Below, in pieces: positions 9,820 through 18,345 of a stretch of DNA of 64,000 nt. The notes below the pieces were generated by a model, which was not told the DNA's origin, did no database searches, and worked only from the letters and a program-made list of their open reading frames with translations. The position numbers and the translations under genes were made by a program. Each line of letters starts with the position of its first letter. Position 1 is the first letter of the stretch. Origin of the DNA: a bacterium (GTDB lineage: Bacteria > Armatimonadota > JACIXR01); the NCBI GenBank assembly GCA_014360465.1, contig JACIXQ010000002.1, forward strand, positions 3,719 to 67,718, given 5' to 3'.

Positions 9820-11535
9820 ATGGAAGTTGTCAAAAGTTATCAACCTGTAGGGTATATAGTGGGAAATGTAGAAACGCAAAGATTTCGCTTCGTAACGGAA
9901 CCGAGCATATGTCCCCCCAGGTTAGAATATCTCGTGGTTAGGGATGTTCCTGCGACGGAACAGGGAATGGACAAGGTGGATGTCTTAGCCCAGGTGAGCG
10001 AATTGAGAGTAGCAACCCAAGTTCTTGGCGAGGAATTGACATTTGAAGAAGCGAAAGCAATATTGGAGGGACTTTCTCCCCGTCCAAAGATAATCGGCAC
10101 AGCCGATGTTTTGGGCTATCTAACAAAGGATAAATCCGTTAGATTGCCACGCCACACTCCCCTGCCCGGTCAACCAGTTTTCCTTGCATCTGACGAGTTC
10201 CTCAAAAAATTCTTCTCAGAAAATATAGAATATGGAATCACCATCGGTACCCTTATAAATAGGGAGGGGGTTGAGGTCAAGCTGAATCCAAACGGTTTGA
10301 GGAGGCACCTGGCGATTATTGCCCAGACTGGGGCAGGCAAATCCTATCTTGCCGGTCTTCTACTTGAACAATTGTTGAAGCTCGGCGCAACAATTCTCGT
10401 CTTTGACCCTAACTCAGATTATGTGATGATGCGCCTCACAAAAGATATGCGAAAAACCAGCTTCGCTGACTGGGTTAGAGTATATCGCGTGCCCCTTAAG
10501 GGCGAAAGGCGCTATAGCGATGAGAAAATCGGAGGAAGCAGAAAATATACAATAAGATTCTGGACATTGGATGAGGAAGATATCTTCGAAATAGCTCAAA
10601 TTCACGAGAGCTGGACCAGAATCAGGGAATCCCTAAGCAAATTGCTCTCATTCGTGAAAAAGAGGAGCACCTATTTTACCCCTAAAGAATTGAAAGAAAC
10701 TTTGGACGAGTTCTTAAAAGGCGAATCAGCAGGAGAGCTGGACGAGCTGGAAGAAGGCATAGGAGAAGAATTCCTTGAAGCTATAACGCAAGATATGCAA
10801 ATGAAAAGCAAGGATAGAAAAAATACCAAGATGCCCCTCTCTTTCGAAGACATAAGGAGGATTAAACCTTATGTGGAAAGGATTGCTTCCTTGGAAATAT
10901 GGGGCGAAGAGGACCTTCCCATTGAGGAAATAATTGCTCCTCAAACCCTTTCCGTGGTGGACTTAGCAGGTCTCCAACAGAGAGCAATGGAGGTGGTTGT
11001 AGATAGAACTCTAAGAGGAATTTGGGAGAAGGCAGTTACGGGACAATTACCTCGTCCCCTGTTCATCTTCCTTGAGGAAGCCCACAACTTCGTCCCAGGG
11101 AGAGGGAAACCCAGCAGGTGCGCCGATATTATAAACCGCATAGCTGCTGAAGGACGCAAATTCAAGGTTTTTCTCGTCGTCATCACCCAGCGTCCCTATA
11201 AAATAAATCAGGATACCCTCTCCCAATGCGGTAGCCAAATAATAATGAAATTGACCAATCCCGAAGACCAGAAAGCAGTAAGGACTGCCTCTGAAAACAT
11301 TTCCGAATCCTTACTTGCCGATTTGCCCGGTCTGAATACTGGTGAGGCGGTCATCCTCGGTGGGCTTACCAGGGTTCCCGTTATGATAAGAGTGGGAGAA
11401 AGGGAATCCGCAGAAGGTGGCGCGGATGTAGATTTAATAAAGGAGCTACAACTGGCGAGTCAGGAAAAGATACAAGCTCGTATCGGTCTCGCTGAAAAGG
11501 ATGAACAATTCAAAGAAATGAATTTTGGGGTTTAG
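9820..11535 (+). CDS. herA: HerA-family (FtsK/HerA superfamily) DNA helicase/translocase ATPase
   Basis: 571 aa. N-terminal HAS-barrel-like region, Walker A AQTGAGKSY, Walker B LFIFLEEAHNF, a VVITQRP block and the helical insertion typical of HerA/DUF87. Confidence 0.85.
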   Translation: MEVVKSYQPVGYIVGNVETQRFRFVTEPSICPPRLEYLVVRDVPATEQGMDKVDVLAQVSELRVATQVLGEELTFEEAKAILEGLSPRPKIIGTADVLGYLTKDKSVRLPRHTPLPGQPVFLASDEFLKKFFSENIEYGITIGTLINREGVEVKLNPNGLRRHLAIIAQTGAGKSYLAGLLLEQLLKLGATILVFDPNSDYVMMRLTKDMRKTSFADWVRVYRVPLKGERRYSDEKIGGSRKYTIRFWTLDEEDIFEIAQIHESWTRIRESLSKLLSFVKKRSTYFTPKELKETLDEFLKGESAGELDELEEGIGEEFLEAITQDMQMKSKDRKNTKMPLSFEDIRRIKPYVERIASLEIWGEEDLPIEEIIAPQTLSVVDLAGLQQRAMEVVVDRTLRGIWEKAVTGQLPRPLFIFLEEAHNFVPGRGKPSRCADIINRIAAEGRKFKVFLVVITQRPYKINQDTLSQCGSQIIMKLTNPEDQKAVRTASENISESLLADLPGLNTGEAVILGGLTRVPVMIRVGERESAEGGADVDLIKELQLASQEKIQARIGLAEKDEQFKEMNFGV

Positions 11536-11537
11536 CC

Positions 11538-12737
11538 ATGGTCAAGCTGGTTATCTGCTCCGATACACATCTTAATGCGTATTACGCAAGAATGAGACCA
11601 GAACAACTTGAAAAAAGGCGTGAACGCCTTAGGCAAGCTTTCCAGAAAGTGGTTGACTTTGCTATTGAAGAGAAAGTGGATGTCTTCCTCCACGCAGGGG
11701 ACCTCTTTGATATGCCAGACCCTCGCTATAAAGAGGTCATCCTGACCTTCAGAGAGCTGAAGAGATTGAAAGAAGCAGGAATAAGAACATACCTAATAGG
11801 TGGCACACACGATATACCGAAAGCTATCTACGAAGCAGGCGGGGCACCAGTCCTCCACCTATATGAGGAAGCAGGTTTAGCGAAATTCTTCCGCTTTTTC
11901 CACACATCAGAGGCTGAAGTAATAGATGTAAACGGAAAAAGGTTGGTCATCGCCGGGGTCTCCTGTGACCCACGTATTAGAGATGGAAATCCCTTAGAAT
12001 CATTGAACCATACTCCAGCTGAGGGGGATTTCAGGATTTTTATGTTCCATTACGCAATAGAGGGAAAGATGCCAAGAATGTATGAGGGAGCTTTTGTCCC
12101 TCTCAGCTGTCTGCGTGATTTGCCCGCTGATATAATCGTTGCAGGGCATATACATCCTCACAGCCATTTTGAACTTGGAAACAAGCTGGTTATAATCCCC
12201 GGTGCAACGGAAAGGTTGGATTTCGGTGAGGAGGAAAATGAAACCGGTTTTTATTATGTGGAGCTTGAGAATAAACCCAAAATAAAGTATTTGAAAATCG
12301 AACCCCAGCGAATGCGTACAGTGGAGCTTCATATTTCCGAACTCGCTAACCAGCCCGAGGAGAAAAAAGCGGAGTACATCATATCTAAGCTGAAATCCTT
12401 CTCCCATCCAGACCAGCTCCTCAGATTTAGGCTTAAGGGTCAGATAAAACCAGCTCATTCTTCCCCAGGAACTAAACCCCCTTTCACCCAATTCATCCCC
12501 CTAAACAGGATTGTTGAAGAAGGGAATAACAATAATTTCTACTTCCACCTTGACCTTAGCGAGCTGAAAATCGAAAGTAGCCTGATAGAGACATACGGTG
12601 GAGAAGGCAATATCTCTATTTTTGAGGAAGTGGAGAAGGTAGTAAATTCTATGCTGGAGAGAGAAGATGAAACTATGAAAAAGCTTATCCAGGAAGCGAG
12701 GCATATCGTTCTCTCCAGGTTGGAGGAGGTGAGATAA
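11538..12737 (+). CDS. mre11: Mre11/SbcD-family calcineurin-like phosphoesterase nuclease
   Basis: 399 aa. Phosphoesterase motif I ICSDTHL, motif II HAGDLFD, motif III GGTHD (Thr in place of the usual Asn of GNHD), and motif V AGHIHPH. Confidence 0.8.
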   Translation: MVKLVICSDTHLNAYYARMRPEQLEKRRERLRQAFQKVVDFAIEEKVDVFLHAGDLFDMPDPRYKEVILTFRELKRLKEAGIRTYLIGGTHDIPKAIYEAGGAPVLHLYEEAGLAKFFRFFHTSEAEVIDVNGKRLVIAGVSCDPRIRDGNPLESLNHTPAEGDFRIFMFHYAIEGKMPRMYEGAFVPLSCLRDLPADIIVAGHIHPHSHFELGNKLVIIPGATERLDFGEEENETGFYYVELENKPKIKYLKIEPQRMRTVELHISELANQPEEKKAEYIISKLKSFSHPDQLLRFRLKGQIKPAHSSPGTKPPFTQFIPLNRIVEEGNNNNFYFHLDLSELKIESSLIETYGGEGNISIFEEVEKVVNSMLEREDETMKKLIQEARHIVLSRLEEVR

Positions 12738-12739
12738 AA

Positions 12740-15523
12740 ATGATATTGAGAAGATTGCAAGCAGAGGGTTTCAAGCATCTGCGGGGAATAGACCTTGTAT
12801 TCCCTCCAAAGGGGACCTTCCTCATCCAGGGAAATAATGAAGCGGGCAAGAGCAGTTTATTTGAGGTCGTTTATTTCTGCCTCTTCGGTAAAGGACTACA
12901 GGCACGGGCAAGTGAAGACCTTATCGGTTACGGTCTCAACGAGGCAAAGGTTTATGTGGAATTGGAATTGCCCAAGGGTGATTTGAAAATAGAACGGGTG
13001 ATAAGAAGGAATAAGACGAACACCGTAAAAGTTGTTGTGGGAGAGGAAGTGATAACCACAAGCAGGGAAGCTAACAGGCGCATCCAACAAGAAATTAACC
13101 TTGACCCCGATACCCTGCTGAATTCTTGCTTCGTTGAACAGAAAGCTTTGGAGAAACTTGAGGGACTCGATAAATCCTCAAGGGAAAGCGCCGTAATGAA
13201 ACTTCTTAATCTTGACAGGATACAAGCAATAGAGGAAGAACTAAAAGTTAAAAAAGAGGATGAGAGATTACTTGAGGAATGGAAGAAGAAAATGAGGGTA
13301 GCGGAAATAAGGGAAAGGAAACCTCACCTCCAGGTTGAGGTAGAGAAATACGAGACATTGAAGAGATTCTGGGAAGTTAAGGAGAAGCTCGCTGAGGCAG
13401 AGAAAAACAGAAGAATAGCAGATGAAGAAGAGAAGAAAATCCCCATTTTTGAGAAAGCTCGCAATGAATTGCAGGCAAAGGTTCAGGACCTCCACAAAAT
13501 CAGAGATAGAGAGCATAAGATTGACAATATCCTCCACTATATCCGCCTGATAAGCGAAAAAGAAGCTCATCTTTACAATATCAACAAGCAAATTGAAGCA
13601 ATAGAAAAGGAGAAAGCAAATCTCCCAATTCTTCAAAATAAATTGCACAAAGCTTATACCCTGCTTCGCTTACTCAGCAGGTTGGAAACCCTAAAAAACA
13701 GAATAAACGATTTTGCTAAATGGTTAGATATAGATAAGAAAATAGGAGAAGAGGAAAGCCGTGTGGAGATTCTTAACGCAGAATTAGAAGCAAAAAACGG
13801 AGAACTTGAAAATAGAAAAAAGAATATTGAACTTCTCTCAAAGTGGCGCGAGGTTAAGGAAAAAGAGGAGAAGCTTATAGAGAAGGAAAAACTTTCCGAG
13901 GAAGAGGGAAGAAACAAAAACCAGGCGATAATTGGTTTTGCCCTATCTTTCATCCTTGCTATTGTTCTCCTTCTCTCCCCCTTCAAGTGGTTTGCCCTGA
14001 TCACCATCTTACCCCTACTCTTTTCTGCTCGCTCCTATAAGAAAATGATGGATGCAAGACTCGGAAAAGCCCAAATAGAAGGCGCTTTGAAGGGAATAGA
14101 TATCTCGCACCTCAAAAATTTGAGGCACGAGCTTGAGAGGGAAAATTTGGGCGGGTTGGAGGAAATCGGCACTATAAATGAGAAGCTTGCAGAAGAAGAG
14201 AATATAGTGAGATTGCTTGAGAATGAAATAGAAAAGCTCAAAAGAACCATAAACCAAATTCAGGGGCGAAAAGAGGAATTGAGCAGACAGCTTGAACAAG
14301 TATTTCCTACTCATATATATTCTTTATCGCCCGAGGAAATCCCTCTTAAGAAGGAGAAGATGGAGGAACTTGTAAAGAAATGGGAAGAAAAGTTAGCATT
14401 ACTGGCAGAAGAATTTGGGTTACCTCTCGATATGGGAGACTTGCGTCAGCTAACGGGAAGGCTGGAAAACGATATAGGTAATATGAAGCAGAATATCGCC
14501 AAATTGCCAGAACTTCTCAAAGATAAGCAGAAGACCGAAGAAGAAATAACGAACATAAAGAGAGAAATAGATAAAATCGCCGAGAACTTCAGGGAGGAAA
14601 TTAAAGATGTTTATTCACGCGAGGACTGGGAGAGATTGAGAACAAATTTAAAGAGGATAAGGGACCAGCTGGAAAGAGAAGAGGTAGAGAAAAAACTCCA
14701 GGAAGCAATTGGTAGGTTGAGAGCACAGGAGCAGAAAGTCGCCACCTATAGGGAAAGAGCAGAAGAATTGGAGAAAATGGCGAAGGAAATCTCATCCACT
14801 CTCGGTGAGCCACCAGAAAATCTCCCTTCCCTTGAGGAGATTAATAAGAACCTTGACCAGAGGCGAGCTGAGCTAATTCAATGTGAAAAAGAAGAGCAGG
14901 AACTAATAAAGCAAATTTTGGGAGACATACCATCTCTTGAGAAATGCAGGGAGGAATACGAGAAGTTGGATAGGGAATTGCAGATAAGGACTCTTAGCGT
15001 CAACATCCTTGAACAAGCAAGGCAAAATATGACAAGGAAAATCCTCCCTCGTACCGAAAGCTATATGTGGAGCATATTACCATTAATAACTAACGATAGA
15101 TATCGCCAGGTTGAGCTTGACCCCGATACCTACCGAATAAAGGTATACGATGAGCGAGCGGGCGATTGGAAAGAAAAGCATATATTCAGCGGAGGCACGA
15201 GGGACCAAATGTCGCTTGCCTTGAGGCTTGCTTTCGCCCTCGCCACACTCCCCAAGGAAAGAGGCATAGCTCCCCGTTTCCTTTTCCTTGATGAACCCCT
15301 TTCCTCATTTGATGAGCAACGCAAAGAGGCATTGATAAAGGTAATCACAGAGGGAGAAATCGCCGATTCCTTTGACCAGATATTCATCATCAGCCACACT
15401 CCCCTTCTCAATCCCAACTTGTTCCATTTCTATATCTTTATGGAAAATGGAAGGATTAAAGAGTGTAGTGAAGAGTTACTACCTGCAGAAAAGAGAAACT
15501 TGACCAACACTACCCTAACTTAG
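12740..15523 (+). CDS. rad50: Rad50/SbcC-family SMC-like ATPase. Lacks a CxxC zinc hook and has a central hydrophobic hairpin.
   Basis: 927 aa. Walker A GNNEAGKSSLFE, long E/K-rich coiled coils, ABC signature FSGGTRDQMSLALRLAFAL, Walker B/D-loop LFLDEPLSSFD and H-loop IISHTP. There are only 5 Cys residues and none form CxxC. Near the midpoint is AIIGFALSFILAIVLLLSPFKWFALITILPLLFSA. Confidence 0.85.
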   Translation: MILRRLQAEGFKHLRGIDLVFPPKGTFLIQGNNEAGKSSLFEVVYFCLFGKGLQARASEDLIGYGLNEAKVYVELELPKGDLKIERVIRRNKTNTVKVVVGEEVITTSREANRRIQQEINLDPDTLLNSCFVEQKALEKLEGLDKSSRESAVMKLLNLDRIQAIEEELKVKKEDERLLEEWKKKMRVAEIRERKPHLQVEVEKYETLKRFWEVKEKLAEAEKNRRIADEEEKKIPIFEKARNELQAKVQDLHKIRDREHKIDNILHYIRLISEKEAHLYNINKQIEAIEKEKANLPILQNKLHKAYTLLRLLSRLETLKNRINDFAKWLDIDKKIGEEESRVEILNAELEAKNGELENRKKNIELLSKWREVKEKEEKLIEKEKLSEEEGRNKNQAIIGFALSFILAIVLLLSPFKWFALITILPLLFSARSYKKMMDARLGKAQIEGALKGIDISHLKNLRHELERENLGGLEEIGTINEKLAEEENIVRLLENEIEKLKRTINQIQGRKEELSRQLEQVFPTHIYSLSPEEIPLKKEKMEELVKKWEEKLALLAEEFGLPLDMGDLRQLTGRLENDIGNMKQNIAKLPELLKDKQKTEEEITNIKREIDKIAENFREEIKDVYSREDWERLRTNLKRIRDQLEREEVEKKLQEAIGRLRAQEQKVATYRERAEELEKMAKEISSTLGEPPENLPSLEEINKNLDQRRAELIQCEKEEQELIKQILGDIPSLEKCREEYEKLDRELQIRTLSVNILEQARQNMTRKILPRTESYMWSILPLITNDRYRQVELDPDTYRIKVYDERAGDWKEKHIFSGGTRDQMSLALRLAFALATLPKERGIAPRFLFLDEPLSSFDEQRKEALIKVITEGEIADSFDQIFIISHTPLLNPNLFHFYIFMENGRIKECSEELLPAEKRNLTNTTLT

Positions 15524-17147
15524 CAAGTTCTTTGACCAATTCATCCGTGAGGAATGGTAGGGAAAAGAGTATGAATCCCTTTGCTCCCTCCCTCTTTAAT
15601 ATTTCAAGCTGCCTCATCACTTCGTTTTTGCCTTTTGATACTTCCCTTCCTCTGACCACTTTGTAAATGCTCAAGCCCGCTATAATTCTCTTTAGCTCAG
15701 GGTCATATCTTTTCCATTCCTTGATAGCCGATAACAGCCTTCCATCGTCTACATAAGCCATTGGAGCAAGGAAATCAACTATCTCTTCTTCTATCCAGTT
15801 GTACCAATCTTGAAGGACTCTATCAGCGCTTATCTTGTTATAGAACACTGCTGCGCTCAATTGGAGCGAATCGGAATGCCCTTTTAACATTCTGAATACT
15901 TCTTCTACAAATGAAGTTATAAGAGCCTTACGATATGAGAGCCACTCTTCAATTAGTTTCCGCCTTTCATTGTTGTCACTGAACATTGGTATGAGCGGAT
16001 GCGTTTCAACAGGTAAGATATAATGTTTTCCCCTCATTACATCACTCAGCCCGCTCACTCCCAGAATATCTTCAATGGAGGAACCCTTTATCCCTCGCCT
16101 TCCAAGGGTGACTATTACTCTGCCACCTTTGTTAACAAATTCCTCTAAGTCCTTACTCACATCCTCACCAATCGTTTCCAAGCCCGGAATCAACACCACT
16201 AAATTATTTGGGTCAAGTTGCTTCAGCTCACCCAACATTCCCCATTTATATCCCCCTTCTTTAAGAAGCTTCAGCATTAACTGAAAATTCTCTTTATCAT
16301 AACTAAGCCCATTCCGCTGGAGAGGAATCAATATAGTACCTTCACCTTCCAGCGCCCGCCAAAGAGTGCGAGAAAAGAGGGGAAAGGAATTTTCATCCAC
16401 TGTCCAATTGAAGAAGAGAAGCCAACCTTTTGAGGAATTTTCCTTAATAGTAATGGCTGGAGTACCATTATCAAAACGAGCCAAAACCTTCGCAGTGACC
16501 ACTTTCACAAGTGGTTTAGAGTGGATTGAAAGGCTGATAGGTATTCCATAAAGCAAATCCAAAGGGTCAACTCCGTAGATTTTCCTAAAGCCACTACGGC
16601 ACTCCTCACAATAGCAGTAATCGTTGGAAGGAAAACGGATATAATCCAATTGCACTCCATCAACAGGATAATCCTTTAACAGGTCTGCAATAAGTTTCAG
16701 TTGAAAATCCCTTACTTCTTTCTTCCCTAAATCAAACCACCTCCTTTTCTCTCCTTTAGCGTTCTCTATTTGCCAATCCGGATGAAGTGAAAGTATTCCG
16801 TCACTTCCTTTACCTCCTTCCTGTCCATTTGAGAACCTAGCGAAAACCTTTATCCCTCTCTTATGGCATTCCTGAACGAAGTAGTAGAAGAGGTCATCAT
16901 CCTTTAGATTTTCCTGTGCAAGTGGTGCATAATCAGTTCTGAAAAAGCTTTTACCACCCCAGTAGTAAACAAGGACGAAAACCGCGTTCAGTTTGGCAGA
17001 AGCGATTCTTTGTGCTATTTTTTCTGCGGATTCTCTATCCCTTATTTGGGTAGCTTGCATCCAAATGCCCCTAAGCTCAAACTGACCTGCCAGGCAGGGG
17101 ATGAGAAAAAAGATGAGAAAAAGTTTTATAAAGAAACGATTTACCAT
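15510..17147 (-). CDS. Secreted glycoside-hydrolase-like family 10 (GHL10/DUF187, YngK-like) protein (putative)
   Basis: Signal peptide. N-terminal RGIWMQ, a VYYWGG TIM-barrel start typical of DUF187, and CYCEECRSGF. Its 3' end overlaps the rad50 3' end by 14 nt (convergent). Confidence 0.5.
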   Translation of the reverse strand: MVNRFFIKLFLIFFLIPCLAGQFELRGIWMQATQIRDRESAEKIAQRIASAKLNAVFVLVYYWGGKSFFRTDYAPLAQENLKDDDLFYYFVQECHKRGIKVFARFSNGQEGGKGSDGILSLHPDWQIENAKGEKRRWFDLGKKEVRDFQLKLIADLLKDYPVDGVQLDYIRFPSNDYCYCEECRSGFRKIYGVDPLDLLYGIPISLSIHSKPLVKVVTAKVLARFDNGTPAITIKENSSKGWLLFFNWTVDENSFPLFSRTLWRALEGEGTILIPLQRNGLSYDKENFQLMLKLLKEGGYKWGMLGELKQLDPNNLVVLIPGLETIGEDVSKDLEEFVNKGGRVIVTLGRRGIKGSSIEDILGVSGLSDVMRGKHYILPVETHPLIPMFSDNNERRKLIEEWLSYRKALITSFVEEVFRMLKGHSDSLQLSAAVFYNKISADRVLQDWYNWIEEEIVDFLAPMAYVDDGRLLSAIKEWKRYDPELKRIIAGLSIYKVVRGREVSKGKNEVMRQLEILKREGAKGFILFSLPFLTDELVKELAKLG

Positions 17148-17206
17148 ATCATTGCTCCGCCCTCATAATTTAGTTAAAAATTATAAAGGAGGCAAGAGAT
17201 TTTCTT

Positions 17207-18265
17207 ATGTCCTATGAGATAGGAAACAAAATTCTCAACCTTGAATTCACGGAAAGAGTTGGACGAACTGAATATTGCGCTCATACAGCCCTTGTTCGCC
17301 ACATTACCGGCTATGACCCCCTAAGCCCTGACCCTGAGGAGAGCTATAAAGCCTGGAAGCTCTTCTACGAGTGGGCTGAATATGACTTCCTCTGGTTTTC
17401 CCACGACGGACCGGTAGATTGGGGAGCCGTGGGCAGGGTCACCGATATGGGACATGCTGTTTATATGGAAGGGGGCATCGATTTCAGGGATAAAGTTTAT
17501 TGTCCCTTCCGAACGCCCGAAGAGGTCCTCTCCTTTGATGCAGTAAAAGAGTACGGCTCATTTGATATAGACGAGAGGGCGGCATTCTTCCAAAAGGTTT
17601 ACGAAGATGGGCAAAAAGCTTATCCAAATCTTGTTTTTCCTGGGGGCTATTACAAGACGCTTATCTCGGGATGTATACAAGCATTCGGTTGGGAAATGTT
17701 CCTCCTCGCTGTTGGCACGGATCCTGATAGATTTGGAGATTATGTTCTTCAAGGATTCTTTGAATTGAGCCTGGCAAATATCAAAGCGTGGGCGAAGACG
17801 AGTATAAAGGCATTTATCTGCCACGATGATATGGTATGGACAGAAGGTGCATTTATCCACCCCAATTGGTACAGAAAATATGTCTTTCCCAGATACAAGA
17901 AACTTTGGGAACCTTTGAAGGAGAAAGGGATAAAGGTGCTTTTCTGTTCAGATGGCAATTTCACGGAATTCATAGATGATTTTGTAGAAGCTGGAGCGGA
18001 AGGGTTCATTTTTGAACCACTCACAAGTTTGGAATATATCGTGGAGAGATACGGGAAGACTCATATTATAGTTGGAAATGCTGATTGTCGTGTGTTGACA
18101 TTTGGTGGTAAGGAGGACATAGAGAAGGAAGTGAAAAGGTGCATAGATACGGCTAAACATTGCCCGGGCTTCATAATGGCTGTTGGCAATCACATCCCTC
18201 CCAATATCCCGCTGGATAACGCACTTTATTACTTTGAGTTCGTCAGGAAATACGGCAAACGCTGA
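17207..18265 (+). CDS. Uroporphyrinogen-decarboxylase-like (URO-D/MtaA/CmuA family) protein, paralog 1
   Basis: 352 aa. URO-D-like TIM-barrel pattern: the HxxG-like motif FCSDGNFTEFIDDFVEAGAEGF and C-terminal YYFEFVRKYGK. Shares conserved blocks with the ORFs at 52795-53970 and 62419-63642. RBS AAAGGAGG upstream. Confidence 0.65.
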   Translation: MSYEIGNKILNLEFTERVGRTEYCAHTALVRHITGYDPLSPDPEESYKAWKLFYEWAEYDFLWFSHDGPVDWGAVGRVTDMGHAVYMEGGIDFRDKVYCPFRTPEEVLSFDAVKEYGSFDIDERAAFFQKVYEDGQKAYPNLVFPGGYYKTLISGCIQAFGWEMFLLAVGTDPDRFGDYVLQGFFELSLANIKAWAKTSIKAFICHDDMVWTEGAFIHPNWYRKYVFPRYKKLWEPLKEKGIKVLFCSDGNFTEFIDDFVEAGAEGFIFEPLTSLEYIVERYGKTHIIVGNADCRVLTFGGKEDIEKEVKRCIDTAKHCPGFIMAVGNHIPPNIPLDNALYYFEFVRKYGKR

Positions 18266-18345
18266 TTTTCAGGCTTTGAGCTTCCTCGCTCTAACAATAT
18301 GGGTTAGGTGAATATCTATATTTTTTTATAAAGCAAAAAGTGTTC

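Noticed and set aside
13268-14314. Several 70-126-aa ORFs antisense to rad50 (13268-13648, 13654-14007, 14015-14314, 14035-14250)
   Set aside because: They lie opposite the E/K-rich coiled-coil coding region. The antisense of GAA/AAG-rich DNA gives long low-complexity F/S/L open frames. They have no RBS and sit within a strongly supported gene.
12740-15523. Possible CRISPR-like or tandem nucleotide repeats in the gaagaag-rich stretch
   Set aside because: The periodicity comes from E/K codon usage in the Rad50 coiled coil. There are no identical direct repeats with unique spacers, and no cas genes are in the window.
8555-15523. Idea that the nurA-herA-mre11-rad50 block is a mobile or defence island or archaeal contamination
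   Set aside because: No integrase, transposase, flanking direct repeats or adjacent tRNA; the nearest tRNA is about 14 kb away. Both flanks are typical bacterial genes on the same contig with continuous coding density. Composition could not be quantified by eye, so HGT is not excluded, but contamination or chimerism is not supported.
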